A stretch of DNA of 64,000 nucleotides from Basidiobolus meristosporus CBS 931.73 (Eukaryota; Fungi; Basidiobolomycota). Of this stretch, positions 1 to 14,500 are shown piece after piece. The position numbers and the translations under genes were made by a program. Each line of letters opens with the position of its first letter. Within the stretch, counting starts at the first letter, position 1. The notes under the pieces are model-generated. The model saw only the letters and a program-made list of their open reading frames with translations. It ran no database searches and was not told the origin of the DNA. The stretch spans positions 55,707 through 119,706 of the forward strand of contig MCFE01000237.1 in NCBI GenBank assembly GCA_002104905.1. The letters run 5' to 3'.

Positions 1-479
1 ACCGTGAGCGTATGGTCATGTGATGATATCAATTTCGCGATGATATTCTAGAGCTTATTATCAGATTTACATCTGGTAAGACTACAACAGACTCTTTATT
101 GGACAATTTGCGAATAAATGCAGAATTACTTCACAAGCCAGTCATCATACAATTTAAATACAGTTATTTGTGATGCAGCTTCAACCTTATTGTAACTCAA
201 GGCAGTGTACTTTAGGAGCAACAAGGTGGTGTGTTGTTTTAACATCATATAGAAGCCAAGTTAGTAGCATGGGCCTTGGGATAAAAGCAAAAAACCTACG
301 AATATCAATCTAGCTGGTAATATAATGATGCTATTTTATTCGAGACAATATACAAATGGCACTGAATTAGTAGCCCACAGGGAGATCGACCATGAATTAT
401 CATTCGATTTCACAGTCCCATAGGATTAGGTTGGCTGTGAAGACTGGGAAGGATTCAACGGACATACACAACGGAACCA

Positions 480-2059
480 TTACTGAATCCCGTCTGCCAT
501 TTTGGAAATCAATGCCTCCCGTTGTTGATTTAATTGCTCCTATAGAAATAAATAAAAATCAACTCTCTGAGATACAAGCATGCTATTTTCATGTGTTCAC
601 TGACCAGCTCAGTCTGCTTGCTTTCCACTTTCATTTTCGCCAGCTCGAGGTCCTATTAAACAGAAAAAACAAACACAATTAGACAAGACTCAAGGGCAAC
701 TGCTGCAAGTGCATTTAGCATACCGGAGGTAAATCAAGATAGGTTTTGATTTGTTTGTGTTGATTCCGCAGCTGCTGCTTGGCCTCACGGATTTGATTAT
801 CCAGTTTCCACAGGGAAGAGATGGAAAGGTCTTTACATTCAGGAATAATCTCCGACTAAACTCGATCAGAATAAACCTTCAAAATACTAAAGTACAAAGC
901 AGTAGCTACCTCAATAGTTGAGATTTTATCTCTAATCTGCTTAATCCACTTCTCCATCTCGGTGTTCTGAATCTCAAATCGACTGAACAATGCTTCATTG
1001 TATTCCTTCTCACCATCAAGCGCCAATATCTCCCTAATCACGAATTAGTGGTATCCATACTGTATATAAGCATGTGGCTAAACATACCTTTCGACTCTAT
1101 TCTTTGCGTCATTTAGCTTTCCGATAAAATGATGTACCGCTTCGATATCCGTATCCCTAGTAGAGTTGAGTAGGCTCAATTCGTTCTGGCGCTCACTAAA
1201 ATCCAAGATTCCTTCAAAGAAGCTACATCGTGGATTAGTATTGTATTCATGGTTCATTCTCGGTAGGGATCGTACCTGCTTATTTCTAGATCCGCCAAAC
1301 CCAGCTTCTCAGCCACTGCAACCAAAGTATTCAGCGGACTTCCTTCCTCTTGGAAATCTTCAATGAACAATCCAATATCATTCAAGCAATTTTCCATTGA
1401 TTGCGCTACATATGGAGGAAAATCAGAATACTAGTAAGGCATGCAAAACAGTCTCATACGGTTACCTTCAAGACGGTACTCCTGGGAAATTTTTTCCTCT
1501 TCTTCCTCGATATATGGGAGGATTTCATCTTGTTGTTCATTGTGTATAGCGATGTCATATAGTAAATCGACTGTCTCCGATGTTTTTTCCCATTTTGGTA
1601 TAGGATTGCGACCGTACTTGGATTTCAGCCATTGTTGAACCTATTTTAACAGAAAACAGTCGAAACTTTGTTACTACAGGTGAGCGTGCAGTAATACAGC
1701 TGAGATGTATGTACTTTTTTCAATTTAACAGGATTGGGACGCTTCTTTTCGAGCCCTCGTCTGTGTTGCGGAGTGCAAAGGTATATATCTGATATCATGG
1801 TTTCTTCGATCATGGACGTTCTATCGAGAAAGCTATGTCTAATGGGGGGCGCAATTCCTTCGCTGGAAATAGTTCTTGTGGGTGGTGAGACAGAATTCAA
1901 ATCAAAGCGCACTTTTTTTTCCACGGTGGCAGGGGAAGCGCTGCCGTTTTTTCTAGGTGTTGTTTGGGGAGAGACTTGGCCTTCCGAAGAAACCTCCTGA
2001 GACTCGGAGGAAGGCTGTACATGCATAGATGAGGGTTTGTTGAGCGGGCTAGAATCCAT
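480..2059 (-). CDS. HAUS1: HAUS augmin-like complex subunit 1, multi-exon, with a low-complexity N-terminal extension
   Basis: Manually spliced exons give WLKSKYGRNPIPKWEKTSETVDLLYDIA..., LNTLVAVAEKLGLADLEISS and YLDLPP/DLELAKMKVE, matching the HAUS1 N- and C-terminal motifs. GT-AG introns; TAA at 480-482. Confidence 0.75.
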
Positions 2060-3443
2060 TTTGTCAAATTATTTCACTGGAATGTTAGAGTTTATCACAC
2101 CGAAGCGAGGAACATTCAATGTGGATGCTCTAGTACCTTTTCACACTGGCTGTGATTAGTGAATTTTTGTTAACTGTCAATAAAAACAATCGAATGATTT
2201 GTGGCCGCATAATTCCCAACTATTCAATGAAATTACCAGTTGCAAATCATTATGAAGTATAAAATTCAATGACTCCAGTATATGCATAGCAATAAAATGA
2301 TCCTCGCAATGCACCATTCTTAAGCAAAGGGCTGTCTAAACTTTGAGCCAAGAGGTGAAGTCAGCGGGTCTGCCTGCTTATGCACCAGTCTACTATAATG
2401 CAATACCATTGCGTATGCGCAATTATTCGTTTTCTACTGCTCGAGCGTCACTTTACTGAGGCATGATAATATAAGAAGATCAGGTTCAAAACGACCATTG
2501 ACCCAGTATTTTATGAAGCATTGTCACTTCAACTGATGCCACTCAGCCAACACTCACCCACAGATTCAAGTTACCAACGTGCTGGCAACGCCATGCATCT
2601 TCATTAGTCGTGTAAATAAAAACATGAGCTTATACATCATCATTTCATATTGAGGCTACATATTTGGGCTCAGCATCAACATCACTCATGAGTAAGATCT
2701 GAGCTTAGAAGAAGCCCAACTTGATAGATATACTGGTCAGTGATACATTGTTGGTGGGTGCATATCTACAACATTTTTATCCCCTTGATCAGTCTCCTCG
2801 TTCTGGATTGGTGTCCACAGCCGAACAACGTATTACATTCCGATAATATCATGTATCATATCAAAGAGAACCCCATAGAAAATGACCATTTGTTTACTAT
2901 CAAGCTTAACAAACTGGGTTTCGTAGTATTATATATTATGCAAGTGCTGATTTGATGATGATTCCAACTTGATGTACACAACTAGGGGAGTCGTCACTAT
3001 TTATAAATGGTTAGTGATAACCAAACAATCGATATCTGTACCCCAAATCATGAGGCAGGATGTTCCTAATCATAGATAATACGGTTATCTTTTTTCTATC
3101 GTAGAAGCTAGTTTGTTCGATGATGTTTACATGGGAAATATTCCCTTTTATTAATGTTTGACTATAGCATCATGGGTTCGTCATTGGGTATTTGTTTGAT
3201 AATCTGTTGCTTCTGGCAGATATGATGCATTTATTCTAGTACTCTGTATCCTGAATGCTTGAAAAGCCAATGATTGTCAACACATTTGAATCAATCGATA
3301 ATGTAGTTAAAGAATGCCATTACTCAACTTGTGGGAATTCATTGGTGAGCAGGCTCCAAAAAAAATCATTAGGGTATATATGTGGAGTATGAACCCTTAC
3401 GTTTTTCCTCTGATTCTATTCCAATTTACGTTTCAGAATCACC

Positions 3444-5207
3444 ATGGCCTCAGTTTCTAAGCAAAAGCGTTTAGCTGCCAGAGCTGCAAAGTCAAAGGCA
3501 AAGACAGCCCAAAAGCAAGAGGTTGATGACCTTGACTTGCAAAATTTAAAGATTGAAGCTGAGAGAACTTCAACTGGTGTGCTCACTTCGCAACCTGCTT
3601 CACGTGATATCAAGATTGAGTCTTTTACTCTCTCTTTCTTTGGACGAGAGCTCATCTCTAACGCCACAATTGAGCTTAACTTCGGCCGTCGGTATGGTCT
3701 TATAGGCGCTAACGGGTCTGGAAAAAGTACTTTCCTCAAAGCATTAGGCAACCGTGAAGTGCCGATTCCTCCTCATGTTGATATTTATTTGCTCAGTGAA
3801 GAGGCTGCTCCCAGTGAGTACACTGCTGTTGAAGCGGTCATTAAAAATGCTGAGGAGGAAGTCAAGCGTTTAGAAAAGGAGGTGGAGGAGCTCTTAACTG
3901 AGGAGGATGCGGCTGATAATCCTATTCTGGAAGATATTTATGAGCGTATTGAGAACCTGGATCCTACTACTTTCGAAGTCCGTGCTTGCACGCTTCTTCA
4001 TGGCCTTGGGTTCTCTAAAGACCAAATGGCCAAGAAGACAAAGGACATGTCTGGTGGTTGGCGTATGCGTGTAGCCCTTGCCAAGGCTCTTTTCATTCGT
4101 CCCACTCTTTTGCTTCTTGATGAGCCCACTAATCATTTGGATTTGGAGGCTTGTGTGTGGCTTGAAGAGTATCTCAAAGGCTATGACCGTATTTTGGTGG
4201 TCGTATCGCACTCTCAAGATTTCTTGAATAACGTATGCACAAACATCATGCACCTTACCCATCAACGCAAGTTGACGTATTATGGTGGTAATTATGACAC
4301 ATTCATCAAAACCAAAGCTGAGTTGGAAGCCAATCAGATGAAGGCATACTACAAACAACAGGATGAAATTGCCCATATTAAGAAGTTCATTGCTTCTGCT
4401 GGTACTTACGCCAACTTGGTGAGACAAGCCAAGAGTAAGCAGAAGATTATCGACAAAATGGAAGCTGCAGGCCTAATTGAGAAGGTCGAGCCACCACCAG
4501 CTTTCAAGTTTAACTTCACTGATGTCCCCAAGCTTCCACCCCCAGTCTTGTCATTTGACAAGGTGTGGTTCTCGTACGACGGCAAAGAAGAAAATTCGCT
4601 GTACAGAGATTTGGAATTGGGTGTTGACATGGACTCCCGTATAGCCTTGGTTGGACCTAATGGTGCAGGTAAATCCACACTGCTGAAGCTGATGATGGGC
4701 GAGCTTGTCCCAATTAGTGGGCGTGTATCTCGGCATACCCACTTGAAAATTGGCAAGTACAACCAGCATTCAGCTGATCAACTGGATATGACTGTCAGTC
4801 CCATCGATTACATGCGTAACAAATTCGGTGAGGAGTTCGGTAAGGACGTAAGCTTTTGGCGAACCCAGATTGGCCGCTATGGCCTCACCGGTACCCACCA
4901 GACCTCATTGATCTCGAACTTGTCTGATGGATTGAAGACACGTCTGGTATTTGCTGAATTGGCTTTAGCACAACCGCACATTATTCTTCTGGACGAACCT
5001 ACCAATCACTTGGATATGGAGTCTATTGATTCCTTAGCTGACGCCATTAACCAGTTCAGTGGTGGCGTTGTTTTAGTTTCTCACGATTTCAGACTGATTT
5101 CGCAAGTTGCTCAAGCTATATGGGTCTGCGAGAAAGGAACAGTTACCCCTTGGAATGACGATATTGCCGCTTACAAGGAACATCTTCGTAAGAATGTTAA
5201 ATTGTAA
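3444..5207 (+). CDS. ABCF2: ABC-F family ATPase (ABCF2/Arb1), intronless, 587 aa
   Basis: Two ABC cassettes (GANGSGKS and GPNGAGKS Walker A, MSGGW and LSDG signatures, two LLLDEPTNHLD) and no transmembrane segments. Confidence 0.95.
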   Translation: MASVSKQKRLAARAAKSKAKTAQKQEVDDLDLQNLKIEAERTSTGVLTSQPASRDIKIESFTLSFFGRELISNATIELNFGRRYGLIGANGSGKSTFLKALGNREVPIPPHVDIYLLSEEAAPSEYTAVEAVIKNAEEEVKRLEKEVEELLTEEDAADNPILEDIYERIENLDPTTFEVRACTLLHGLGFSKDQMAKKTKDMSGGWRMRVALAKALFIRPTLLLLDEPTNHLDLEACVWLEEYLKGYDRILVVVSHSQDFLNNVCTNIMHLTHQRKLTYYGGNYDTFIKTKAELEANQMKAYYKQQDEIAHIKKFIASAGTYANLVRQAKSKQKIIDKMEAAGLIEKVEPPPAFKFNFTDVPKLPPPVLSFDKVWFSYDGKEENSLYRDLELGVDMDSRIALVGPNGAGKSTLLKLMMGELVPISGRVSRHTHLKIGKYNQHSADQLDMTVSPIDYMRNKFGEEFGKDVSFWRTQIGRYGLTGTHQTSLISNLSDGLKTRLVFAELALAQPHIILLDEPTNHLDMESIDSLADAINQFSGGVVLVSHDFRLISQVAQAIWVCEKGTVTPWNDDIAAYKEHLRKNVKL

Positions 5208-5388
5208 ATGTAATATTATCATATATCTTCTATCATCCTTCGCATCAAATATTTGCACCTAGACCGTCTGTAACTAAAATGTATTTCAACAATTCGAAAC
5301 TCTGGATGCTTTTCTAGAAATAAACCACCATTAAGCCCAAAAGAATTCCGCACATCTCTACGTTTATTTGTGATGTATGATACACTAT

Positions 5389-6831
5389 CTACTTGCCAAT
5401 GCGTTGGCGCATGTTGGCTAAAAATGAATTAATCGCGTCATCTAGCTGGTGACTGGTCATATCTATTGGTGCTTGGTTTTCAGTTTGGGTGGAGACCCGA
5501 ATAGTGGGTTCAGCGTTGCTCAGGGTCTCCTCTGGCATCTTGTGATTTCGTTTCTGTCGCTTGAGGCGCAGAAGCTCTTTGCGGGCTTCAAGTTGTTCTT
5601 TACGTTTGTCCTTGATATTCTTGTGGAGAGCTCGGACTTGCTCTGTCTGTTGGCAAACAGGTGAGTATACTATCACTTCGATGTATATAATAGATGTCGT
5701 TAATTTACCTCGTTTCTTAAGTTTTTGAGTTCTAGCAGTTGGGCTCTTCTCTCTTCTTCGTTCGTGGAAAATCGGTAGTACCCAACACCCTTGGTTCGAA
5801 TCTCTGTAATGGCTGATTAGTGGGAAACCAAGCTGATATTTCTGTAGTTCTTCTATACCATGAGCATCATCGTAATGTGCGGGTCCAGCTACAATATATG
5901 AGATGAGTTTGGGATGGCTGTTTACATATTCTCACTCCATAAAAAAGTTCACCTGCTATTTCTGCTCTAGCTTCAGCTTCCCATCTTTCCCTCTCAAGCT
6001 CTCTTCGCATGTCAGCGGACATCATGGTCGGAAGTCCATCTCTAAGTGGTTTTAGTTCAGTTTGTTAACTGTTCTATCGTAAATTCACTGTTGAACACTA
6101 ACTCGTATTGAGGAGAAGGTGATCTCTCTTTGGGGACTTCGCTTTGTCTGAGCAAACGAGTTCTTCCAAATTCATCAATGTACTCAACCCACGGATCATC
6201 GGTTTCCTTTTCCTTTTCTGAGAGATCACTTTCCTAGAATAAACTTGGTTACTTCGAGAGTTTACTTCTTAGGATTGCGAATAAACCCACATCGGCCTGT
6301 TCCCATTGTTTCCGTTCAAAATCTACAAGCATCTCTTCGATATCTTTTTCATTCATATCATCTATACATTGATGTCACGTTTAGAAGTGTCTTAGAAGCT
6401 TCATAAAAAGGATTCTGAACACAAACCTAAGTTTGTGCGTTTTAACTTTTCGTAAAGTTTTGCTTTCCGCTCTAGAGCTTTCCTACTCGCATCCAGGCTT
6501 GGCTTTTCCGCCTCCTGCTCAAGTTTATCTTTGGCCGATCGTTGTTCTACGCCTTTGTTGGGCTTTGCCCAAGCAGGTAGTTTCTGTGTGATAAAAGTTT
6601 AAAAACTCCATTTTACACTCTATGGTGAGCGAAAGAGTACCTTGCTTTGGATCCTGGAAGCAGCAGGTGCATTTTTTCCTTGAGCTCTTTCTTTTCGAAA
6701 ACTTTCCTCGTGCTTTAAGAGCTCCGCTTTGAAGTCAAGTACCTATTTTAAAATTGGTGTAAGTTGGTGTACCACGATTCTTGGTGAAAAACACTTACTG
6801 AAGACGAGCTAATGTCAATGACTTTCTTCAT
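5389..6831 (-). CDS. CCDC174/DUF4078-like coiled-coil protein, multi-exon
   Basis: Exons read MKKVIDISSSS, VLDFKAEL, WAKPNKGVEQR...ALERKAKLYEKL, WVEYIDEFGRTR and IRTKGVGYYRFS, resembling CCDC174. Exon boundaries are approximate. Confidence 0.65.
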
Positions 6832-9694
6832 TTCTAATACAGTCTACTCATACTTGTCGAAATATCTAGTTAATATTGGCGAAAATAGACTGAACTTTAT
6901 TGGCTAAGATTTTCTAGTCGCATCAATTATTCATTCACAGCTGATTCTTATGGCAAAACCAATTGATGGATACGCTGGGTTAGTGATTTGTATCATTCTA
7001 TTTTAGACTAAACGCCTGCATAAGCTGGTTAATGATACCATTTGCAGAAAGCCTCCTACTAGTATTAAGGGCTCTAGAGAAAGTATGTACTTGAGTCTAA
7101 TTCTCGGTCACTTCCCCACATGACTATTAGTGTTCACGGTTTTGAAGTAACTAAACAGCCATGTGCCTATTTGTTCATATCCTTGATCTACGTTTAGTGA
7201 CATCATAAGTCATTTGTATCATATTTATGTATTACTGAAAGTTCTGTGAAAATGTTGTAAACTATTGTATGCCATATTTAATAACATATGCCTTTAGGTT
7301 ATATTAAAGTACCACACCAAGATATTTAAGTCTTAAACCAGAGCATTCAGGATCAAGGCTTGTACAGTATGTACAAACTGGAATTTGAAAGTGTTCCAAA
7401 GTTCTACAAAAAGTTCAAGTACTTATGTTTCTGCAATAAACCAGCAAGTAAAATACTATCTGATTAACACTAGCTGTTGCAAGTTTCTAAAGAGTATTGG
7501 AAGCGATCTGGAGAACTAGAAGAATTGTGTGATATCCACTTGTTGTTTTTTAAGCTCTAATAAGTATTATGCTTTTTGGGGAACTTTGTTAAAATAATGA
7601 CAAAGATGTCTAACAGAGGTCACAGAAAGCGGTGTGCAAAGTTTGTGGTATTTGGACGAGTTTGATAAATCTTGATAACTTGCAGGCCTTCACTAATCCC
7701 AAGATAAACCCTAAGTAAATAATTCATAATTTAACAACAAGCTAAATAGAATCTCAAGGTATATGAGTAGTTTAGGTGTGAACTAAACATTTACTACACT
7801 AACTCACTTCCAAGTCTCAGTTTAGCTTTCAAAGGTGATGTTAAAATTTAAGAATGAGTGATTCTCTCAGTGATGTAACCAGTGGAAATAAAATATTGAT
7901 GCTGCAACAGGTAGCTTTGAATGCAAGGTTGAATTTTGTGGTCAGTTTTGAAGATGGGTTTTTCTTGGAACAAATTTAGGATAGCGCTTTACTAATTGCT
8001 CAGAAGTACCCAAGTCAGGAATTAACCTTATTTCGAAGTAATTCAGACGATTTCAACTTGTCACTTGATTTTGTTTATAAATATAGACACTTAAGTTCAT
8101 GTCGAGTCCCGATATCCTTCACTAGGCGTATTTTTTAGCATCATCGTATGTATTTGTATTATTCAATATGCATCAATGAAGCCCGCACCTTATGCTTACT
8201 AGATCATATTACTTCCGCTTCAATCACAATGTCCTTATTACTCGTACTTGATTTGTTGAAAGTACAAATCTACGCAGTGGAGATGTTACTATTCTGGCTT
8301 GGGAGCTTACAGTTTGACTTGATGTACGTTGGCAATTGATCTATAGGATAGATATAAGCATGGACCACATGGTTGATGTTGTGAAATGATTATATACGCA
8401 TTTCGATTCTAGCCAAGAAATTGGGACACTTCATGTCTTGGAAATTGATTTAAATATTAGCGTCACAATGGTTTACTTGGGGGCTTGACTAACTAGTCGC
8501 AACAAAAGTCACTTACACAGTAAAACCACCTCCATAAATGATTTTGGCTCACACCAACACCCTTTGATTTCGTCCATCGCAGCCGATCTCTGAGCACTGG
8601 GTCTGATTATTCCATGCTGTTTTTGGTATCAAGCAAGTCGAGTAAATTAGAAATCACAACCCAGAAAATCCATCTTCTCACAGACTTCGATGGAACATTT
8701 AGTTACCAACCGTGCATCATAGTTTGTTCCGGTCATGGATCCCATTATAGCCACACATTGGCGGGCTGGAAAACGAGAATATCCCCAAGTGGGATGCGGG
8801 CCTCTCCAGTGATTGAAAGTTTATAGCGACCTTCTCGGATGAGTCACTAATTGTTGTATTGGCTGGTGAAGAAACCAAAATATGATTTCGGAATCACTAG
8901 GACGGTTGGTGACAATGGCACTTCTGCAAAACATCGCCAATCTCAATGTTGAAATATTTCTAATTTAAATATAGTAAATCATGTAGGCATGCATGGTTCT
9001 GGTGTCTCATGACAGATAGTGTAATGTTAATGGACTTGTATGACTAATGGTGAAATACAGTGCAGAGGTGCATTGCTTCTCATTAACAGGTGGTCTGGTT
9101 GCCAACTATGTGGAAACACTACCAAATTAGAACTATCGTGGAATCATGAGCCTGATTGGATTCAATTTCTCCGGGTGCTACATTTGGGAAGATTTAGAAT
9201 CAAGTGGTCAAGAAATTTCGCTGGCCCTAGGCTTCAGCTCTATTACATACAAGCATTGCACTTACACTGTTGCAACGGATGGATGATTCTACCATACCTG
9301 ACGGATGAGTTTATCTCTAAGCCCTTAAGCCTAATATAAAGTAACCTGTTTTCTGTCGCTGGCACTTTCGCTAACAATGCAAATCAAAGCATATGTGGAG
9401 AAGAGTCTCCAGGTTTTTAAGCGATGATTCAAAATCATCTCCTTCTATATCCTAGTTTCTCCGGTGCGTTTTCGGGGAAACTAGTTCAAATTTGGTAAAT
9501 ACCGCAATTGAGCCATCTCGATTCTTTTGATTCGTACTACGTCCATCATTTACGAGAAGGGAAAGATAATGGAAATGGAATTTGAACACTGGCCCAGCAA
9601 TATACAATGAAAATTTTACCGAATCATATAAAAGCTCAGGCTCATTGGAAAAGCGCATCACCACAGCAGGAATTCCTCGCTTTACACTTTCACC

Positions 9695-10743
<1,049 letters not shown>

Positions 10744-11598
10744 CCTGCCTTCCGCCTCATGATTTAATTTGCATATCAAACGATACACACCACCATAATA
10801 TCCCTCTCTAGTTGTATTCTGTTGCAACTAGTTGTCATTAGCATCGATTGTATGTACCTGTAGATTTACCTCGTTGCAAAAAGAATAAAGAGCTGTTTCA
10901 TTTCATATATATCTTTAAAAGTACTAGCCGGGAATGAATATGGCTTACTGTGAGCTGCTGCATATCGTTTACCACTTCGTTCCTTTTGTATTTGTCAGCC
11001 GCAAGCCTGAGGGATAAAATGGAAAGTGGCACTATGCATGGATGAATGTATAAATTGTACTTATTGAAGCCAGTGAATCCTGGACCTAAGCATGAATTTT
11101 GTTGTATTGCTGACGATAGCTCCTTAATGCTCTCAGGGATTTTATCGAATAATAAATATTTATATGAAAAGAATAGAGTTTGCATTACAATATTAATGGT
11201 TTTTTGTAAACGATATATTTTAGAATCAATGATATGATGTCATCTAAAATATCATGATTATTTCATTCATAGTATTTTCTATGGATTTTCCCACTGTTGG
11301 CAGTCAGCTATCGTATTTGTCGTTTCTCTTCTGAGTTGTCACAAACTTGCTGACATTCAACTTACGGTGAAGCAAATTCCTTGTACATAATATACATCTC
11401 TTTTACTTGTTGTAGCAAAGGTTGTCTTACCAAATAACGAGGATTTTCGCATAGTTCCATACGCGACTTTTGCTGGGCATTGACTAGTGTGTAAAATACT
11501 ACATACTTGTTGTTGGTACATTACTCCTCCTACCTAACCTTACTTTGTGTATACCACTTAGTCTAATAATTTTTCCAGATAAAGCAAGCCTCCGTAAG

Positions 11599-14500
11599 AT
11601 GAATTCTCCTGAGGAAATCATCTTAGCCTGTGCAAAGTATTTACGAGCCAACGAAGCTCGTTTTCGTAATAGTAAGGGAAAAGCCCTTGCTAATAATGAA
11701 GAGTCCTCTTTAGCAACATCACTTACCTCGGTGCTGACCTTAGGGTATGCTCGTCCCACTAATACTGCCGCAGAGCGAACTTTCACTGTCGATCCAGTCA
11801 AACTTTCTACTGTCATTTCAAAGTTTGAGGAGTACAATTTATTAATTGATGGTGTGCCCCAGGTCACTGAAGTGTCTCCTCCTCATTCACTGAAATCGGT
11901 TTCTTCTCTTGCATCAATTACTTCTTCCCTTTCAAGTCTTTCCTTCCTCGGCTGGAAGAAGAATGAAAATTCAGGGATTGACGCCAAACTGCATTTCCAA
12001 AACGAGTTGGAATACATATGTCGGTTTTTCCAACGTATTCGGAGACTTAGAATTAGCTGGCTTAACGCAAACCAAATCACTCAGCACGATAACCTACCAG
12101 TGCCTATTTCCTTGGGTCCTTTCCTGAATCTAGTCCATTTGGACCTTCAGAAATTACCGCCAAGATACTTTTCCTCTTGGGGCACTATTCATCTTAAGCT
12201 AGAGTCCATTGTATGCCAAGGTGGCATTGTCGATTTGCACGATTTGTTCATTGACACGATTGGTAAGGATATCAACTTAGAGACTGATGCTACCTGGCCG
12301 AAGCTTCATTCCATCGATCTGTCCCATAATGATTTGGCTGGCTTAGCCGTAGAGCCTGCCTTGAGAATCACTGCCTGCGAAACCTTAAATATATCCCATA
12401 ATCTGCTTCTCTCCGTCCCCCCGGCACTCACGGAGCTATTTCGATTAAGAAACCTTAATCTTAGTCACAATATGATATCCAACGTTACTGGGATAGATCA
12501 AATCTTGGGAAACATCACTTCACTTGACCTCAGTTACAACCGACTGAAAAGCTTGTGTGGCCTGCACAAACTGTGGGCTTTGGTGTTGATCAATGTTAGA
12601 GGAAACGATATCGCTGACGCTGGTGAGATCGGGCGGCTGGCGGAGTTACCTTCGCTTCAAGAAGTGTTTGTTGAAGGAAATCCTCTGACGCAAAAGGTGT
12701 GGACACATTACCATATCTCATACGTTCTCTTCTAATTTATGGTGATTGTTAATTCTTCTTATGCCAGGCGGATTATAGAGTGCAGATATTCTCCATCTTT
12801 TTTTCCCATGAGCTAGATATACTTTTAGATGGGACTGGTCCCTCCTTCTTGGAAAAAAGGGGTATTACTTCCGAACCAAAAGGCGAACCCGAAGTTGATT
12901 CCATTATGGCTGTACGCTCCCCCGAAGCATACGTGCCGCCTGCCAGTAACGGTAGCGCCGCATCCGAAAAAATGGATTCCAATGAAATCCCATCACTGAA
13001 GCCTCGACGTAAAGGTGCAGCTCCCAACAAAAGCAAACGCAAAGGCAAGCGTATTGTGGATATTAGCTCCGGTCAAGATCCACTCGATAGCATAGCGGAA
13101 TCACCGAGATTGCTAACAGCATCTCTCTCACGAAATTTTTCTGAAGATATCATGACTGACGAGCCTGAGGGAATGATAGGCGAAAGCAACGCACATCCTC
13201 AGTCTCAGCCAGATTCACAGAATCCATCCAGCGGTGAAGCCGCAACTAAAAAGTCTCCACTTCAACGAGCCACTTCCCCTGGTCGATTAGGGAGGCCTTT
13301 TGTCCATCGTTTGGCCGAGCTTGAGGGGACTATTCAAACAAATCGCAGTGAATTCCGGATCCCTACGCGAGGAAGATCTATCCAACGAGATTCTCAACCC
13401 TCATCCCCACGCAGCCGTTCCCCTACATCTATTCGCTCCTCAATGTCTGCGGTAACAGCAACTAATAACAGCGACGACTTCAGAAAGAAAATTGAAGCTC
13501 TTCGCAATGAGGCCGGATCCACATGGCTGAAAATTTACAGCGAAATTCAGCATCCTACTAATGCTGCCAGGAGGAGAAGTGTCATTGATAGCCCAGACCC
13601 AGAGGATGATAAATTTGTTGTTGGATCGCTCCCTTCGAAGCTGACGTTGGTATCTTTGCGTAAGCCAGAACCAAAGGCTATTGACCCCATGAACGAGGGT
13701 GAGCCCATTGACGATGAGGTTCGAAGTGCAAGTAGCCCGTCTTCAGCAAATTCGATAGCAAACAACGATAAGTTAGAAAGTATTTCCCCAATTCTTGAAT
13801 CAACAGAATTACCCGTATCCGAAGAGGTGATTGAAGCGGAGCCTGAAATCGATACAAAGAAATTACCTGACGGCAAACAGTATAGAATTCAGGTTGCCGA
13901 GTATTCCAGTCGTACCAGGTCTAAACGTTGCATTCGTATTCCTATGGGAGATCGTATATTAATTATCACCGATACTGCATTCGTTGAAGTACATCCTGAT
14001 ACTTGGGATATCGCCACTCAACGTGGTTTCCAAGGTCTTTTGCGAATTGAAGCCAAGCGAGTAGAAAAACCGGAACAACATACTCTTTTCCGTTTGGAGT
14101 TTAAATATCGTCGTTATGATAATCCTATATTTTGTGATTATAAAATCACCTCAACTCCCGAGCATCTCAAGGCCTCTGAAGAACTTCAAAATGAGCTCGA
14201 GACTATTCTCAGAAAAAACTGGCAAGAGGGCAGAGGCCACGAGGTTTATAAACAAGGGAAATGCTTAAATTGTTCGTGGATTGGGTTCTTAGACCTTGAA
14301 GATGACAAGGATAATGACTGGCTGAAGGTGAAGAAACTTAATAACAGTCTTTCCCCTGTTACCTCTGAGTCTGAAAATGATACCAAAGAGAAGGAACGAA
14401 AATGCCCTGTTTGCGCGGGAACTTTCTTGGTAGAATTCTTCGGCCAAGAAAATGGAGTGACACTGTCTAACGAGCCGCCCACCTGGGCTTTCACATCATC

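Noticed and set aside
7250-8050. Decayed retroelement suggested by minus-strand KYLGVVL and YLGFIL peptides
   Set aside because: The matches are short, isolated, stop-riddled and in no coherent domain order.
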